From the NCBI GenBank assembly GCA_903927975.1, contig CAIYPC010000520.1:8588-72587 (forward strand): 64,000 nucleotides of DNA, read 5' to 3'. Below are positions 9,417 through 19,200 of the stretch, piece by piece. The first letter of the stretch is position 1. Every line of letters begins with the position of its first letter. The DNA comes from an uncultured Bacteroidota bacterium (GTDB taxonomy: Bacteria > Bacteroidota > Bacteroidia > Chitinophagales > Chitinophagaceae). The notes under the pieces are model-generated. The model was not told the origin of the DNA. It ran no database searches and saw only the letters and a list, made by a program, of their open reading frames with translations. Position numbers and translations under genes: made by a program.

Positions 9417-9899
9417 TTAATTTTCTACTTCAACTTTTTTTATTAGCTCTCCGCTCTCAGAAAAATAAAGCATAAAATATTGTGTGAATGCATCATGATG
9501 ATCTGAATCCAATGTATTTCCATCATTTATATGAACCACATATAAAGTGCTTTCTGCTGTTTCACTTTTTTTCATATCCATTACAGTCCAGGCCAAAAAT
9601 CCCTTTTTGCCCATCTCATCTTGTACTGCCGCAGGCAAATTTTTTATCCATTTGATTTTCGTTTCAGTTTTTTTCCATTTACCATCTAATGAATAATAGG
9701 CAATGGATTTTTTGTTATTGTCATTGAAGGCAACAAAATAGTTGCTATCATTTTGTTTCCATTTTCCTGAAATGGCATTTGGATATTTTGCTGAGAACAC
9801 ATGCTGCACATTTTGCAAATCATTTGTTTTGTTTGCTGCCTGCGCAAAAAGAACATTTGCAAGAACAATTGCAACTGACATAAAAATTATTTTTTTCAT
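9417..9899 (-). CDS. Secreted PepSY-like (BLIP-like/DUF2874) protein
   Basis: Signal MKKIIFMSVAIVLANVLFAQA (ATG 9899 preferred to 9959); VQHVFSAKYPNA..W, YYSLDGKW, LPAAVQ repeats; FSESGELIK. Confidence 0.7.
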   Translation of the reverse strand: MKKIIFMSVAIVLANVLFAQAANKTNDLQNVQHVFSAKYPNAISGKWKQNDSNYFVAFNDNNKKSIAYYSLDGKWKKTETKIKWIKNLPAAVQDEMGKKGFLAWTVMDMKKSETAESTLYVVHINDGNTLDSDHHDAFTQYFMLYFSESGELIKKVEVEN

Positions 9900-9958
9900 T
9901 TTTTGTCGAATTAATTTTTTAAAAAATTGTTTACAAAAACATAGAAATCTTTTCGGCA

Positions 9959-11041
9959 TTAATTAATTGAAATGCCATCTTTCATTTCATCATTCGGGTG
10001 AAGCATCAGCTTCTCTCCTGATTTTAATAAGCCTGTGATCTCAACCTTATCAGTCGTTTCATTACCTGTTGCCACATCTACTTTACAGATCTTACCTTCT
10101 CTTATTACAATCACATATTTTCTTTCTGTAGAAGTAATAACAGCAGAACGAGGAACAGTCAATGCTTCCACATTTCCCTTTGAATACAGCTTCACATTTG
10201 CATACATGCCGGGAGAAAGTCTTCCGTTCTTATTCATCACATCCATTTCTATTCTTTCAGATCTGTATTGCGCATTGATGTTGGAAGATTTGCGGGCGAT
10301 ATTCGCTATCATCTTTTTTCCGGGCAATGCGCTCAGGTAAAAAGAAACAGTATCATTAATATTTAAGTTGATTGCAATGGCTTCTGGAATATCAGCCTGC
10401 AACCTCAATTTGTCTTCCTGTTTCAATTCAAGCATGGGCTTTCCGTTTTTATCAGAAGAGCTCACCAATGCACCGGGATGAATATTTCTTTCAGTGATGA
10501 TCCCATCAAACGGTGAGCTTACTCTTAAATAAGCAAGCATCGTTTGCTCTATTTGCCAATTTGCTTTTTCTGCATTGCATAAAGAACTATCAGAAAGCAT
10601 TTTTGATTTTGCTGTGGCAAGACTTAGCGGCGCAATGGCTCCGGCTGTTTGTGAAGCTTGTTTGAGACGCTCATAATTTTCTTTACCAATTGCATAATCA
10701 GCATTTGCGCGTTCATATTTTTCTTTCGCCTGCAACATAGTTTGAATCAGTTCAGGTGCTTCCAATTCCATTAATAACTGTCCGCGTTTCACATGCGAAC
10801 CGATATCAACCATCACTGATTTTACATAGCCATTTACCTTTGGAAAAATGCTCACTTCCTGATAAGCCGCCAACTGAGCAGGTAGATTTATATATTGTCC
10901 CACTCCTGCAGATTGCGCCTCCACCAATTCATAATGCGGCTTTTCGGCTACTGCTGTTTTATTTTCCGGGGCTTTTTCATTTGAGCAAGCACTGATGAGC
11001 ACTGCAGATAAAATAAAAATGCTTATTGATTTTTTGTTCAT
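9959..11041 (-). CDS. RND efflux periplasmic adaptor (MFP) lipoprotein
   Basis: Lipobox LISAC; VSIFPKVNGYVKSVMVDIGSHVKRGQLL, SPFDGIITERNIHPG, LSPGMYA. Confidence 0.93.
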   Translation of the reverse strand: MNKKSISIFILSAVLISACSNEKAPENKTAVAEKPHYELVEAQSAGVGQYINLPAQLAAYQEVSIFPKVNGYVKSVMVDIGSHVKRGQLLMELEAPELIQTMLQAKEKYERANADYAIGKENYERLKQASQTAGAIAPLSLATAKSKMLSDSSLCNAEKANWQIEQTMLAYLRVSSPFDGIITERNIHPGALVSSSDKNGKPMLELKQEDKLRLQADIPEAIAINLNINDTVSFYLSALPGKKMIANIARKSSNINAQYRSERIEMDVMNKNGRLSPGMYANVKLYSKGNVEALTVPRSAVITSTERKYVIVIREGKICKVDVATGNETTDKVEITGLLKSGEKLMLHPNDEMKDGISIN

Positions 11042-11049
11042 GTTCTTTT

Positions 11050-14000
11050 TTATTTAGTTGAATCTTCAGGCATTAATGAAACTGATTTGAACGATGATTT
11101 TTGTTTTACCCAACCATAAACCAATGGAACGATAAAAAGTGCAGCGAGCGTTGATGCAGCAAGACCACCAATCACAGCGCGTCCCAATGGCGCTGATTGA
11201 TCGCCTGCTTCTCCCATGCCAACTGCCATTGGGATCATGCCCGCGATCATAGCGAGGCTCGTCATTAATATTGGGCGAAGGCGCACACTCGCCGCAACAG
11301 ATGCGGCTTTAAAAGGATCTTTATATTCCAATCGCAACGCTTCTGCATTTGTAACAATTAAAATTGCGTTGGCAACTGATACACCGACTGCCATAATAAG
11401 TCCCATGTAAGATTGCAGATTGAGCGTGGCACCTGTTGCAAGTAGCATGATCAGCGAACCAAGCAATACCGCAGGAATGGTAGAGAGCACGGCAACAGAT
11501 AATGCGACAGATTGATAATTTGCAGCTAACAATAATAGGATCACAATAATGGCTGCTAACAATCCGCTTTGCAATGAGCCAAGTGTTTCAGTTAATAAAG
11601 ATGAAAGCCCTTTTATTTCAGCAACAAGCCCTTTTGGGGGCGCTCCCATTGCATCCATTTCTTTTTGCACTGCAGTTGTTGCAGTGCCCAAATCTTTCTT
11701 ATAAATATTTGCATTGATGGTAAGAAAACGGCGTGGCCCAGCGCGATCAAATTCACCCGGAAAAGAGTCAATGGAAATATCTGCAACATCAGAAAGAACA
11801 GGGCGCATTTTCCCCTGCATCACCGGAATATTTTTTAACTGATCCAACGAGTTCATCATGTATTCCGGAATCTGCACCTGTGTATTATAAGTGTATTGCT
11901 TATTATCATCGAGCCAGAGATTTTTTAATGTGAAGCGGCTCGATGCAGTTGCATCCGAAATGCTTTGCGATACGTTATCAATGCTCAATCCCATCTGTGC
12001 CATTTTCTGTCTGTCCATTTTAATAACAAGCGTAGGAAATTTCAATGGCTGTGCAACTTGAACATCTCTTAAAAAAGAAATGGTTTTCAATCTTGCCATT
12101 AATTTTTCCGAATAATTCTCGGCATCATTTATATTTTTTGATGCCACTCTTATTTCGATTGGTGTTGAAGCACCTTGTGCCATCAATTTTTCGGTAAGCT
12201 CGATTGGCTCAAAACATAAATTGACCGTTGGATATTTTTGCAGGATATTTTTTCTTAGCCTGTCTTTAAAATCATCCATGTTCACTTTATAGTTTTCCTC
12301 AAGTTGAGCTTGCAACACGGCTTCATGTGATCCACTGTTGAACACATACAAATTGCTATGTCCATAATTCGGAGAAACTGTTCCTACAAAAGCTGAAGTA
12401 ATTGAAATATGTCCTTCCGCAGTAGAGTCAATCACATCCAGCACATCTTTCACCGTTCGTTCTGTTATTTCCAAACGTGTGCCGTTTGGTTCCCGAATGC
12501 GAAGTTGCAACTGTCCTGCGTTAGATTTCGGCAGCATATCTTTTCCAATAGAAACAAAACAGAACCCTGCTAAAACAAGCGCCAGAACAACATAACTCAT
12601 CACAATCCATTTTCGGTTAGGCATCCACGTTTCCAGTCGTTTCATCAAACCCACTTTAAGCTTTTGAAAAAAACTATCTTCTTTTTCGCGCTCAACATCT
12701 TCTTTATTATGTGTTTTGATCTCTTCCACTTCTGTTGCATCGAGCGCCAATCCAGCATGTGCATGAAAGCCTGTATGATGGTATTGAAACATTTCTTCTT
12801 TCAATAACCAATTTGAAATAACAGGCACCAGTGTTTGTGCTGCCACATAAGAAATGATCATGGCAAAACCTATCGACAATGATAATGGAAGAAACATGGC
12901 TTTGGGAATACCGCTCATTACCAGTGATGGAGCGAATACTGCCAATATGCATAATAATATCAGCACCAACGGAAATGATATTTCAGTGCAGGCATCGAGT
13001 ATCGCCTGCCTTTTTGTTTTGTTCATTTCCAAATGCTGATGGATATTTTCAATGGTGACCGTTGCCTGATCCACCAGAATGCCGATAGCTAATGCAAGAC
13101 CGCTAAGTGTCATGATGTTGATGGTTTGCCCTGCAAGGTTCAACATCAATACCGCACCCAACACCGCTACAGGAATGGTGATGATTACTACAAGACTGCT
13201 TCGCCAGTCGCGCAAAAAAAGCAATACCATTAATCCGGTAAGCACTGCACCAAGAATCCCTTCCGTCATTAGGCTTTTGGCAGCGTTCATTACAAATATG
13301 CTTTGATCAAATTCATAACTGATATGAACATCATCAGGCAACAAGCTTTGCATTTCAGGCATTTCTTTGCGAAGGCCCTGAACAACATCCCAAGTTGATG
13401 CGCTTGATGTTTTTACAATTGGGAAATAAACCGAGCGCTTGCCATTCACCAAAGCATAATCCGCAACAATATCAGAAGCATCTTCAATCTTTGCGATATC
13501 TTTTGCAGTTATGGTTGTGACGCCATTTGTAGCGATTGGAATATCGCCGAAGTCTTTCACTTTTTCTTCCTGCGAATTCATTGCGGACACATACATGATG
13601 CTGTCGATTCGCACGTTTCCTGATGGAGCTACAGAATTATTTTTCCCCAACGCTTGCACCACTTGCTCTGGAGATAAATTAAATTCTCTCAATTTTTCCG
13701 GATCAACTTTTATGATTACCGATCGTGCATTGGAACCGAAAGGCGGTGGCGCAGATAATCCTGAAACCTTGCCAAACAGCGGCCGCACAAGGATTGCAGC
13801 CATATCAAATATTTCGTTGAGCGATTTTGTATTGCTGCTAAACACCAATTCACCAACGGGCAATGAAGATGCATCGAACCGAACTACTTCAGGCGGCAAT
13901 GTGCCTGTGGGAAAAAAAGCCTGACATCGATTTACTTGTATGGCTACTTCCGCAGAAGCTTCTGCCATATCTGTTCCTTCATAAAAATTCAATTTGATCA

Positions 14001-14262
14001 ATGTGAGACCTTGTATGTTTTTGCTCTCGATATTTTTTAATCCATCGATATACAAAAAATTATCCTGCATGCGCGTTGAAAAAAAACCTTCCATTTGTTT
14101 TGCAGACATGCCGCCATATTGTTGTATCACATAAATAACCGGAAGGTTCAACTTCGGAAAAATATCAATCGGTATTGTTCTAACTGCCATAATGGAAAAA
14201 AGCAGCAGACCGGTAAACAAAACCATGATAGCAACTGGTTTTTTTAAAGCTGTTTTTACCAT
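11050..14262 (-). CDS. RND efflux permease (AcrB/CusA-CzcA superfamily)
   Basis: 1070 aa; IPIDIFP, TINIMTLSGLALAIGILVD, RLRPILMTSLAMIAGMIPMA. Confidence 0.95.
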   Translation of the reverse strand: MVKTALKKPVAIMVLFTGLLLFSIMAVRTIPIDIFPKLNLPVIYVIQQYGGMSAKQMEGFFSTRMQDNFLYIDGLKNIESKNIQGLTLIKLNFYEGTDMAEASAEVAIQVNRCQAFFPTGTLPPEVVRFDASSLPVGELVFSSNTKSLNEIFDMAAILVRPLFGKVSGLSAPPPFGSNARSVIIKVDPEKLREFNLSPEQVVQALGKNNSVAPSGNVRIDSIMYVSAMNSQEEKVKDFGDIPIATNGVTTITAKDIAKIEDASDIVADYALVNGKRSVYFPIVKTSSASTWDVVQGLRKEMPEMQSLLPDDVHISYEFDQSIFVMNAAKSLMTEGILGAVLTGLMVLLFLRDWRSSLVVIITIPVAVLGAVLMLNLAGQTINIMTLSGLALAIGILVDQATVTIENIHQHLEMNKTKRQAILDACTEISFPLVLILLCILAVFAPSLVMSGIPKAMFLPLSLSIGFAMIISYVAAQTLVPVISNWLLKEEMFQYHHTGFHAHAGLALDATEVEEIKTHNKEDVEREKEDSFFQKLKVGLMKRLETWMPNRKWIVMSYVVLALVLAGFCFVSIGKDMLPKSNAGQLQLRIREPNGTRLEITERTVKDVLDVIDSTAEGHISITSAFVGTVSPNYGHSNLYVFNSGSHEAVLQAQLEENYKVNMDDFKDRLRKNILQKYPTVNLCFEPIELTEKLMAQGASTPIEIRVASKNINDAENYSEKLMARLKTISFLRDVQVAQPLKFPTLVIKMDRQKMAQMGLSIDNVSQSISDATASSRFTLKNLWLDDNKQYTYNTQVQIPEYMMNSLDQLKNIPVMQGKMRPVLSDVADISIDSFPGEFDRAGPRRFLTINANIYKKDLGTATTAVQKEMDAMGAPPKGLVAEIKGLSSLLTETLGSLQSGLLAAIIVILLLLAANYQSVALSVAVLSTIPAVLLGSLIMLLATGATLNLQSYMGLIMAVGVSVANAILIVTNAEALRLEYKDPFKAASVAASVRLRPILMTSLAMIAGMIPMAVGMGEAGDQSAPLGRAVIGGLAASTLAALFIVPLVYGWVKQKSSFKSVSLMPEDSTK

Positions 14263-14265
14263 TTA

Positions 14266-15666
14266 TTATCTTTTTATAGATTGAATGAAAAAATCAAGAT
14301 TGCCGGTTGCAGCCGCTTTATTAAGGTTCGCAACAAACCATTCATTTAATGTTTGTACATAATCTGATTGAGAAGTGTACAACACAAAAGATGCATTGGT
14401 GAGGTCAACAAGATTGATAATGCCTGCTTTGTACTGCGCTACTTTTTGCTCAAATGCATCTGATGCAGCTTGCAATTGCACGGGAAGCTCAAGCAGGTTT
14501 TTTTCAGCAACTTTCACTGAAGCATCTGCCTGCAATGCCGCAGTGCTTAATGTGAGTTTTTGTTGTTGCGTTTCATAAGCTGCAGCTTCAGTTTGATAAT
14601 GCGTTACTGCAAGCCTGTCTTTTTTGCGAATGCCATTCAACAAATCATAGGTAACTGCAATGCCTATCGCATAACTAAATCTTTGATAACCCAACCCTGT
14701 TGCGAAATCTTTGTATTCATTATTATAAGCGATACTAGAGCCGCGACCCCAACCTGCCGCTGCCAACATTATTTTAGGCAGGTACAATTTCTTCACCAAT
14801 GTTTCGGTTGATTTGAATAATGATTCCTGTTGCAGATAATAATCCGTCAATGGATTTTGCAGCGTATCCCTTATTGAATTAAAAGCAGCAGCATTTGCAG
14901 AAACATCTTTCTTCGCAGAAGTATCAATATTGATCTGTCCGGATATACCTGTGAAATAAGAAAGCTGTTGTTGCAATTGTATTATATCGCCAAGCCGCCT
15001 GTTGTAACTGATTTTTGTTTTTGATAATTCAGCTTTTGCCAAAGAAGAATCAACGCCAGCATTAATACCGCTTGTTGTGAGCGCATTGATAACATTATAA
15101 ATAGATTCATATCTTTTTATGTTCTGTTTATCAACGTCCAACTGATATTTATTTTTCAGCAGATCGAAATAGAGTTTTCCAATTTGCCATTTTATCAAAT
15201 ACACTTCTTTATCAAAATCTGCCTGCTGTAATCCAGCGAAAGCTTCAGCATTTTTGCTTCTGGCATTTTTCAACCCAAAATTTACCAGCTCATATTCTGC
15301 GTATAACGATGCTATATTCCCAGAGGCGACGCTGCTGTTATTTTGTGCATTGATGGAACCAGAAACAGAAGGGATAACGCCAAGTGGCAGATAAGAACCG
15401 GGCAATGAATTTGCAGATCCTGCCGAAAGCTCATCAGTGATTGCAAATTTTGGGATGTATGCGTGCTTTGCTTCTGTAACTCCTGCTTTCGCGCTGTTTG
15501 CCAAAGCTTCCTTTTGTAGCAAAGATGGAAAATAATGTTTCGCCGAATCAACCAAATCCAATAATGAATATAACTTATCAGTTTGCGCAAAAACAGAAGT
15601 TGCACAAACAGAAAGTAACCATATTGCGATAGCGGACTTGGTTGCTTTTTTTACAAAAACAACCAT
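14266..15666 (-). CDS. TolC-family outer membrane efflux protein
   Basis: Signal peptide; helical repeats; QYKAGIINLVDL motif; first gene of the TolC-RND-MFP operon. Confidence 0.88.
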   Translation of the reverse strand: MVVFVKKATKSAIAIWLLSVCATSVFAQTDKLYSLLDLVDSAKHYFPSLLQKEALANSAKAGVTEAKHAYIPKFAITDELSAGSANSLPGSYLPLGVIPSVSGSINAQNNSSVASGNIASLYAEYELVNFGLKNARSKNAEAFAGLQQADFDKEVYLIKWQIGKLYFDLLKNKYQLDVDKQNIKRYESIYNVINALTTSGINAGVDSSLAKAELSKTKISYNRRLGDIIQLQQQLSYFTGISGQINIDTSAKKDVSANAAAFNSIRDTLQNPLTDYYLQQESLFKSTETLVKKLYLPKIMLAAAGWGRGSSIAYNNEYKDFATGLGYQRFSYAIGIAVTYDLLNGIRKKDRLAVTHYQTEAAAYETQQQKLTLSTAALQADASVKVAEKNLLELPVQLQAASDAFEQKVAQYKAGIINLVDLTNASFVLYTSQSDYVQTLNEWFVANLNKAAATGNLDFFIQSIKR

Positions 15667-15720
15667 AAATGAATTTAATTGGAAAAAATAATGAATGTTT
15701 AACCTATCTAACGTGTATGG

Positions 15721-16125
15721 TTAAACGAAGGGCGGTCCTCTAGGAGAAAAAATATCGAAAGAGTGTGTAGCAAGAGCTGAGACAATTGTGAAAAATTCCG
15801 TGCTGGCTTCAACAGTCAACGGCACAGTTATCACAACGCGATAAAAATCGCCATCGCTTTTGCCTTTATGGTGGTAGCGCTTGTCAAGACTTAAATGTGA
15901 AGGATCATAATAACTCCCAGCGTAAGTTTTTTGCTTTTCAATTTTATTAAACTCAGATACCTGTTGAACCTTTGCGGTGATATATGCTTGATGGTGAAGG
16001 AAGAAATAGAAGTTGGCAACTACATAAAATTTGTAGCTAAATTGAATAATGAGGAAAGGCAAATATGCGAAAAGAAGCGCAAGCTTAAAGCCAATCCTCT
16101 TATACCTGTTTCTTCCAGAATGCAT
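15721..16125 (-). CDS. Small membrane-targeted ORF ending in SPRGPPFV; candidate RAPP-type arrest leader peptide
   Basis: ATG at 16125 (ORF track starts at 16137); hydrophobic KLALLFAYLPFLIIQFSY; 3' end cct aga gga ccg ccc ttc gtt taa; stop 54 nt before the tolC start. Confidence 0.65.
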   Translation of the reverse strand: MHSGRNRYKRIGFKLALLFAYLPFLIIQFSYKFYVVANFYFFLHHQAYITAKVQQVSEFNKIEKQKTYAGSYYDPSHLSLDKRYHHKGKSDGDFYRVVITVPLTVEASTEFFTIVSALATHSFDIFSPRGPPFV

Positions 16126-16175
16126 TGTAAAAAACAAAGGGGTTAATTATGCAGTTAAAATCACTGCTCAATTTT

Positions 16176-16183
16176 CAAATATA
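16176..16183 (-). promoter_or_regulatory. Bacteroidota -7 promoter element for the leader/efflux operon
   Basis: TATATTTG on the minus strand matches TAnnTTTG; no clear -33 element at canonical spacing. Confidence 0.4.
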
Positions 16184-16289
16184 CAAAACCATGGGAACTA
16201 TAATATTTTTGCGCAAAAAAAAACGTGTTGAGACTAAACACTACTAAAACCTATATTGTTGCCGAATCTATTTCATTCTTAACTATCGA

Positions 16290-19200
16290 CTATTGGTCAC
16301 TACTTTTTTTATCGTCCTTTCCTTTGTGCTTTTCTTTCTTTTTTTCAGTGCCGTTTCCATTTTTTAAATTAAAAAGAGAAGATATTAGTGGAATGACTGT
16401 ACAAAGCGTGGTTAATATCCCGGTTATTTTTTGATAGGTCTCTTGTTGGCTGATGAAAATGAAAATGCCAATGCCAGTCAACAACAGCAGTAGCGGCGTT
16501 TTGATCATTTTCCAATAATCTTGTTTCTTTGCTCTTTCCATATTTTGCACGACATCTTTATCATCGGACATTTGGAGAATATATTCGCGAAAACTTGGTG
16601 TCATCAAGCAAAGGCGCTGATCGTCAAATTTTATTATCCCCTGATTCAAAAGACGAAGTAAGATATAGTCGGCTTTGTAGTTGGTGAAACCATCTTCAGC
16701 AAAATCATATAGAATAAATTTCTGCGTTTTATCAAGCCCATTCCATATTTGTTCATAAAAAATTTTCATCAGGTCTTTCATATAAAAAACCTTTTCGTCA
16801 TTATACTTTATTAAGGCTTCTGTCTCGTATTTATAAACCGCGTTTAAATCAAGAGGCGAAGGCAATATTAAAATTGATTGAAGCGCTTTATCATTTGCAT
16901 AACGTTCTGTGATTTGCCGGAAAAAGTAATTTTTATCTAAAGTGATATTATTAGGATTCTTCTTCGTTGAATAGATCAGCCATAGATCTCTCAGGAAAAG
17001 CCGCTCCGCCAAGGAACGGCTTAAATAATAACAACCAATAGATATCAGCACAAAGACCGATAATGCAAACGCTAAAAACAAACCGGGGCTGGGTGTAAGA
17101 CAGGCAATGTCTGCTTCTAACAAATGAACGGAATTATAATTTGCCATATCATCCAAATTCAATTTAATAAAATGTGACGTATATCCATCTTGCAAGTTTT
17201 TATAAAGCAGCCTCGGCTCGTTCTGATCATCTTTTTCTGTTTGCCTAAAATACCAGGAACCATCACTTGCGGTGTATTGTGATCTCTGCCCGGTTAATGT
17301 AACGCTGTCCTCTGGAAAAAATAAACTATGCAGCCGAGTATAAGCCGGAGCAATTGATAAGGTATCCAGATCATTTTTATCGGGAGTTCGATAAACCACT
17401 GAAATGCCGTTAAGACTGTAAATGCCAAGTTGGAATTTCAAAAAATCCAGTTGGCCGCTATTGAATGCCTGCCTACCGCCATATTTATATTTAGCAGCGC
17501 GTTTATTTATTTCCAAGCCTCTTAATTGAATGCAGCGGGCAAGATAAAGTTGTTCATTATTCAATTCCAGGCTATGCTCCTGTCTGTAAATAAGGCAAAA
17601 TATTCCTACGGCAGGAATAATGCTGATCATAAAAACGCCAATCAATATAGCCCATACATATTGCCTTAGAAAAGAGGCTTCATCATTACCAGATGATTTT
17701 TTTGTAAATGAATGATAAGACCAATAGTTCAATCCTCCTGAAATAATCTGGAAGAAAAGCAGTAGCAAAAAATTTTTATGAAAATCTGGCTGGCTAAATA
17801 AGTACAGAAAGTTAAGCGTCGCTATCATCATCAATAAATACGACAGGAGTGCTTTAAACTGAAAATTGTTTGATGTAGTGCCGAGTTCTTTAAGCTCTTC
17901 GTCTGAATATTTTTTCCTGATAAGAAAGTAAAGAAGAGCTATGCTGAAGGGAAATATAAGCGTTATAAAAAACATGATAAACTCCATCTTTGGGTAACAA
18001 AATGCTGCAACTACCCAGGCTAAAATGTAGAGAAAAAACGACATCAACATAAATCTGATCAAATGCTGGTAATAATATTTTTTTTTCTGTAAAGGATAAA
18101 GCCAATCAAAGTTTAAAGAAGGCGCCTGAAGCAGGCTTCGTCTTTTCTTAAAACATTGATTCATGATACTCGAGCCAAGTACCAAGATCAAAGAAAAAAA
18201 AGTGCAGAATGCCGTTAAGCTTATCAGGTGTTCTTCATAGCTATCCGAATCGGCATTTTTATAATAAATAAGAAGCGTATATGGGAAATCTTTTATCGGG
18301 CTCGACAGAAGCGATACCTCCCTGCCCCGCAAAGTGAGGTGATCGAGAAATATAGAGCTTCTATATTTTATGCTCTGATAAAGCTTCGATGGGTTTTCGA
18401 TCCCATTGAGAAAGTTTGATAATAGCGCTCTTCCTGATTTTGAATCGTAAAGTATTTGCCCATCTCCATTTACAATACTGAAATTATAGCCTGGTGGCAA
18501 TACCGGGTTGCATACCGAATGCATTTTTGATGAAAGGCCAATTAACTTAACAGGCATATACGGGCCTGGCACCATACATTTTTGATGAAATACATATTGC
18601 CAGACATCATTATTTTGGGGGTCGCTGCGCATAATAACATTGATGATATATTCACCATCTAACTTATCTAATGTTGGCTGAATAGTAAATGTGTCTGTTG
18701 CTTTGCTAAAAGTATCGTCAATGGTCAGAAAGCGCTTTTGTACAAAATCTGTAAAATATTCCCTGCCTCTCACATCCACGAGGGGCGTTTTTCCATAATT
18801 CTTTTTATATGCGCGGGTAGCTTTTGCAATTCCTAAGGAGTCAATCCAGAATAGCTGATCCAGATAAGGGTATAATACAGGATTAAAAACATCGTCAAGT
18901 TCTGAATCGTGGAGATGTCTTTCTTTGCATGTATCGGCCTCGTATGATACGAGGCCATTTAATGGGTTATCCTCGTTTTTATAATGTCTAAAATTAGGAA
19001 CGCTTTGATCAAAAGATTTTAATTGCCTGCACATGGCCAAAATTTCTGATCTGAAATTGTCATTTACTTTTTCTGAAAGAATCTCAAGATTTGTTTTGTT
19101 TTTGTGAGTCTGGTTTTTGTCGAGAAATAATTTGAAGAGCAGAAAGAACAGCACAAAAGCGCCTATAAAATAAGTTGCTATCAGCAGCCTGATATCCATT

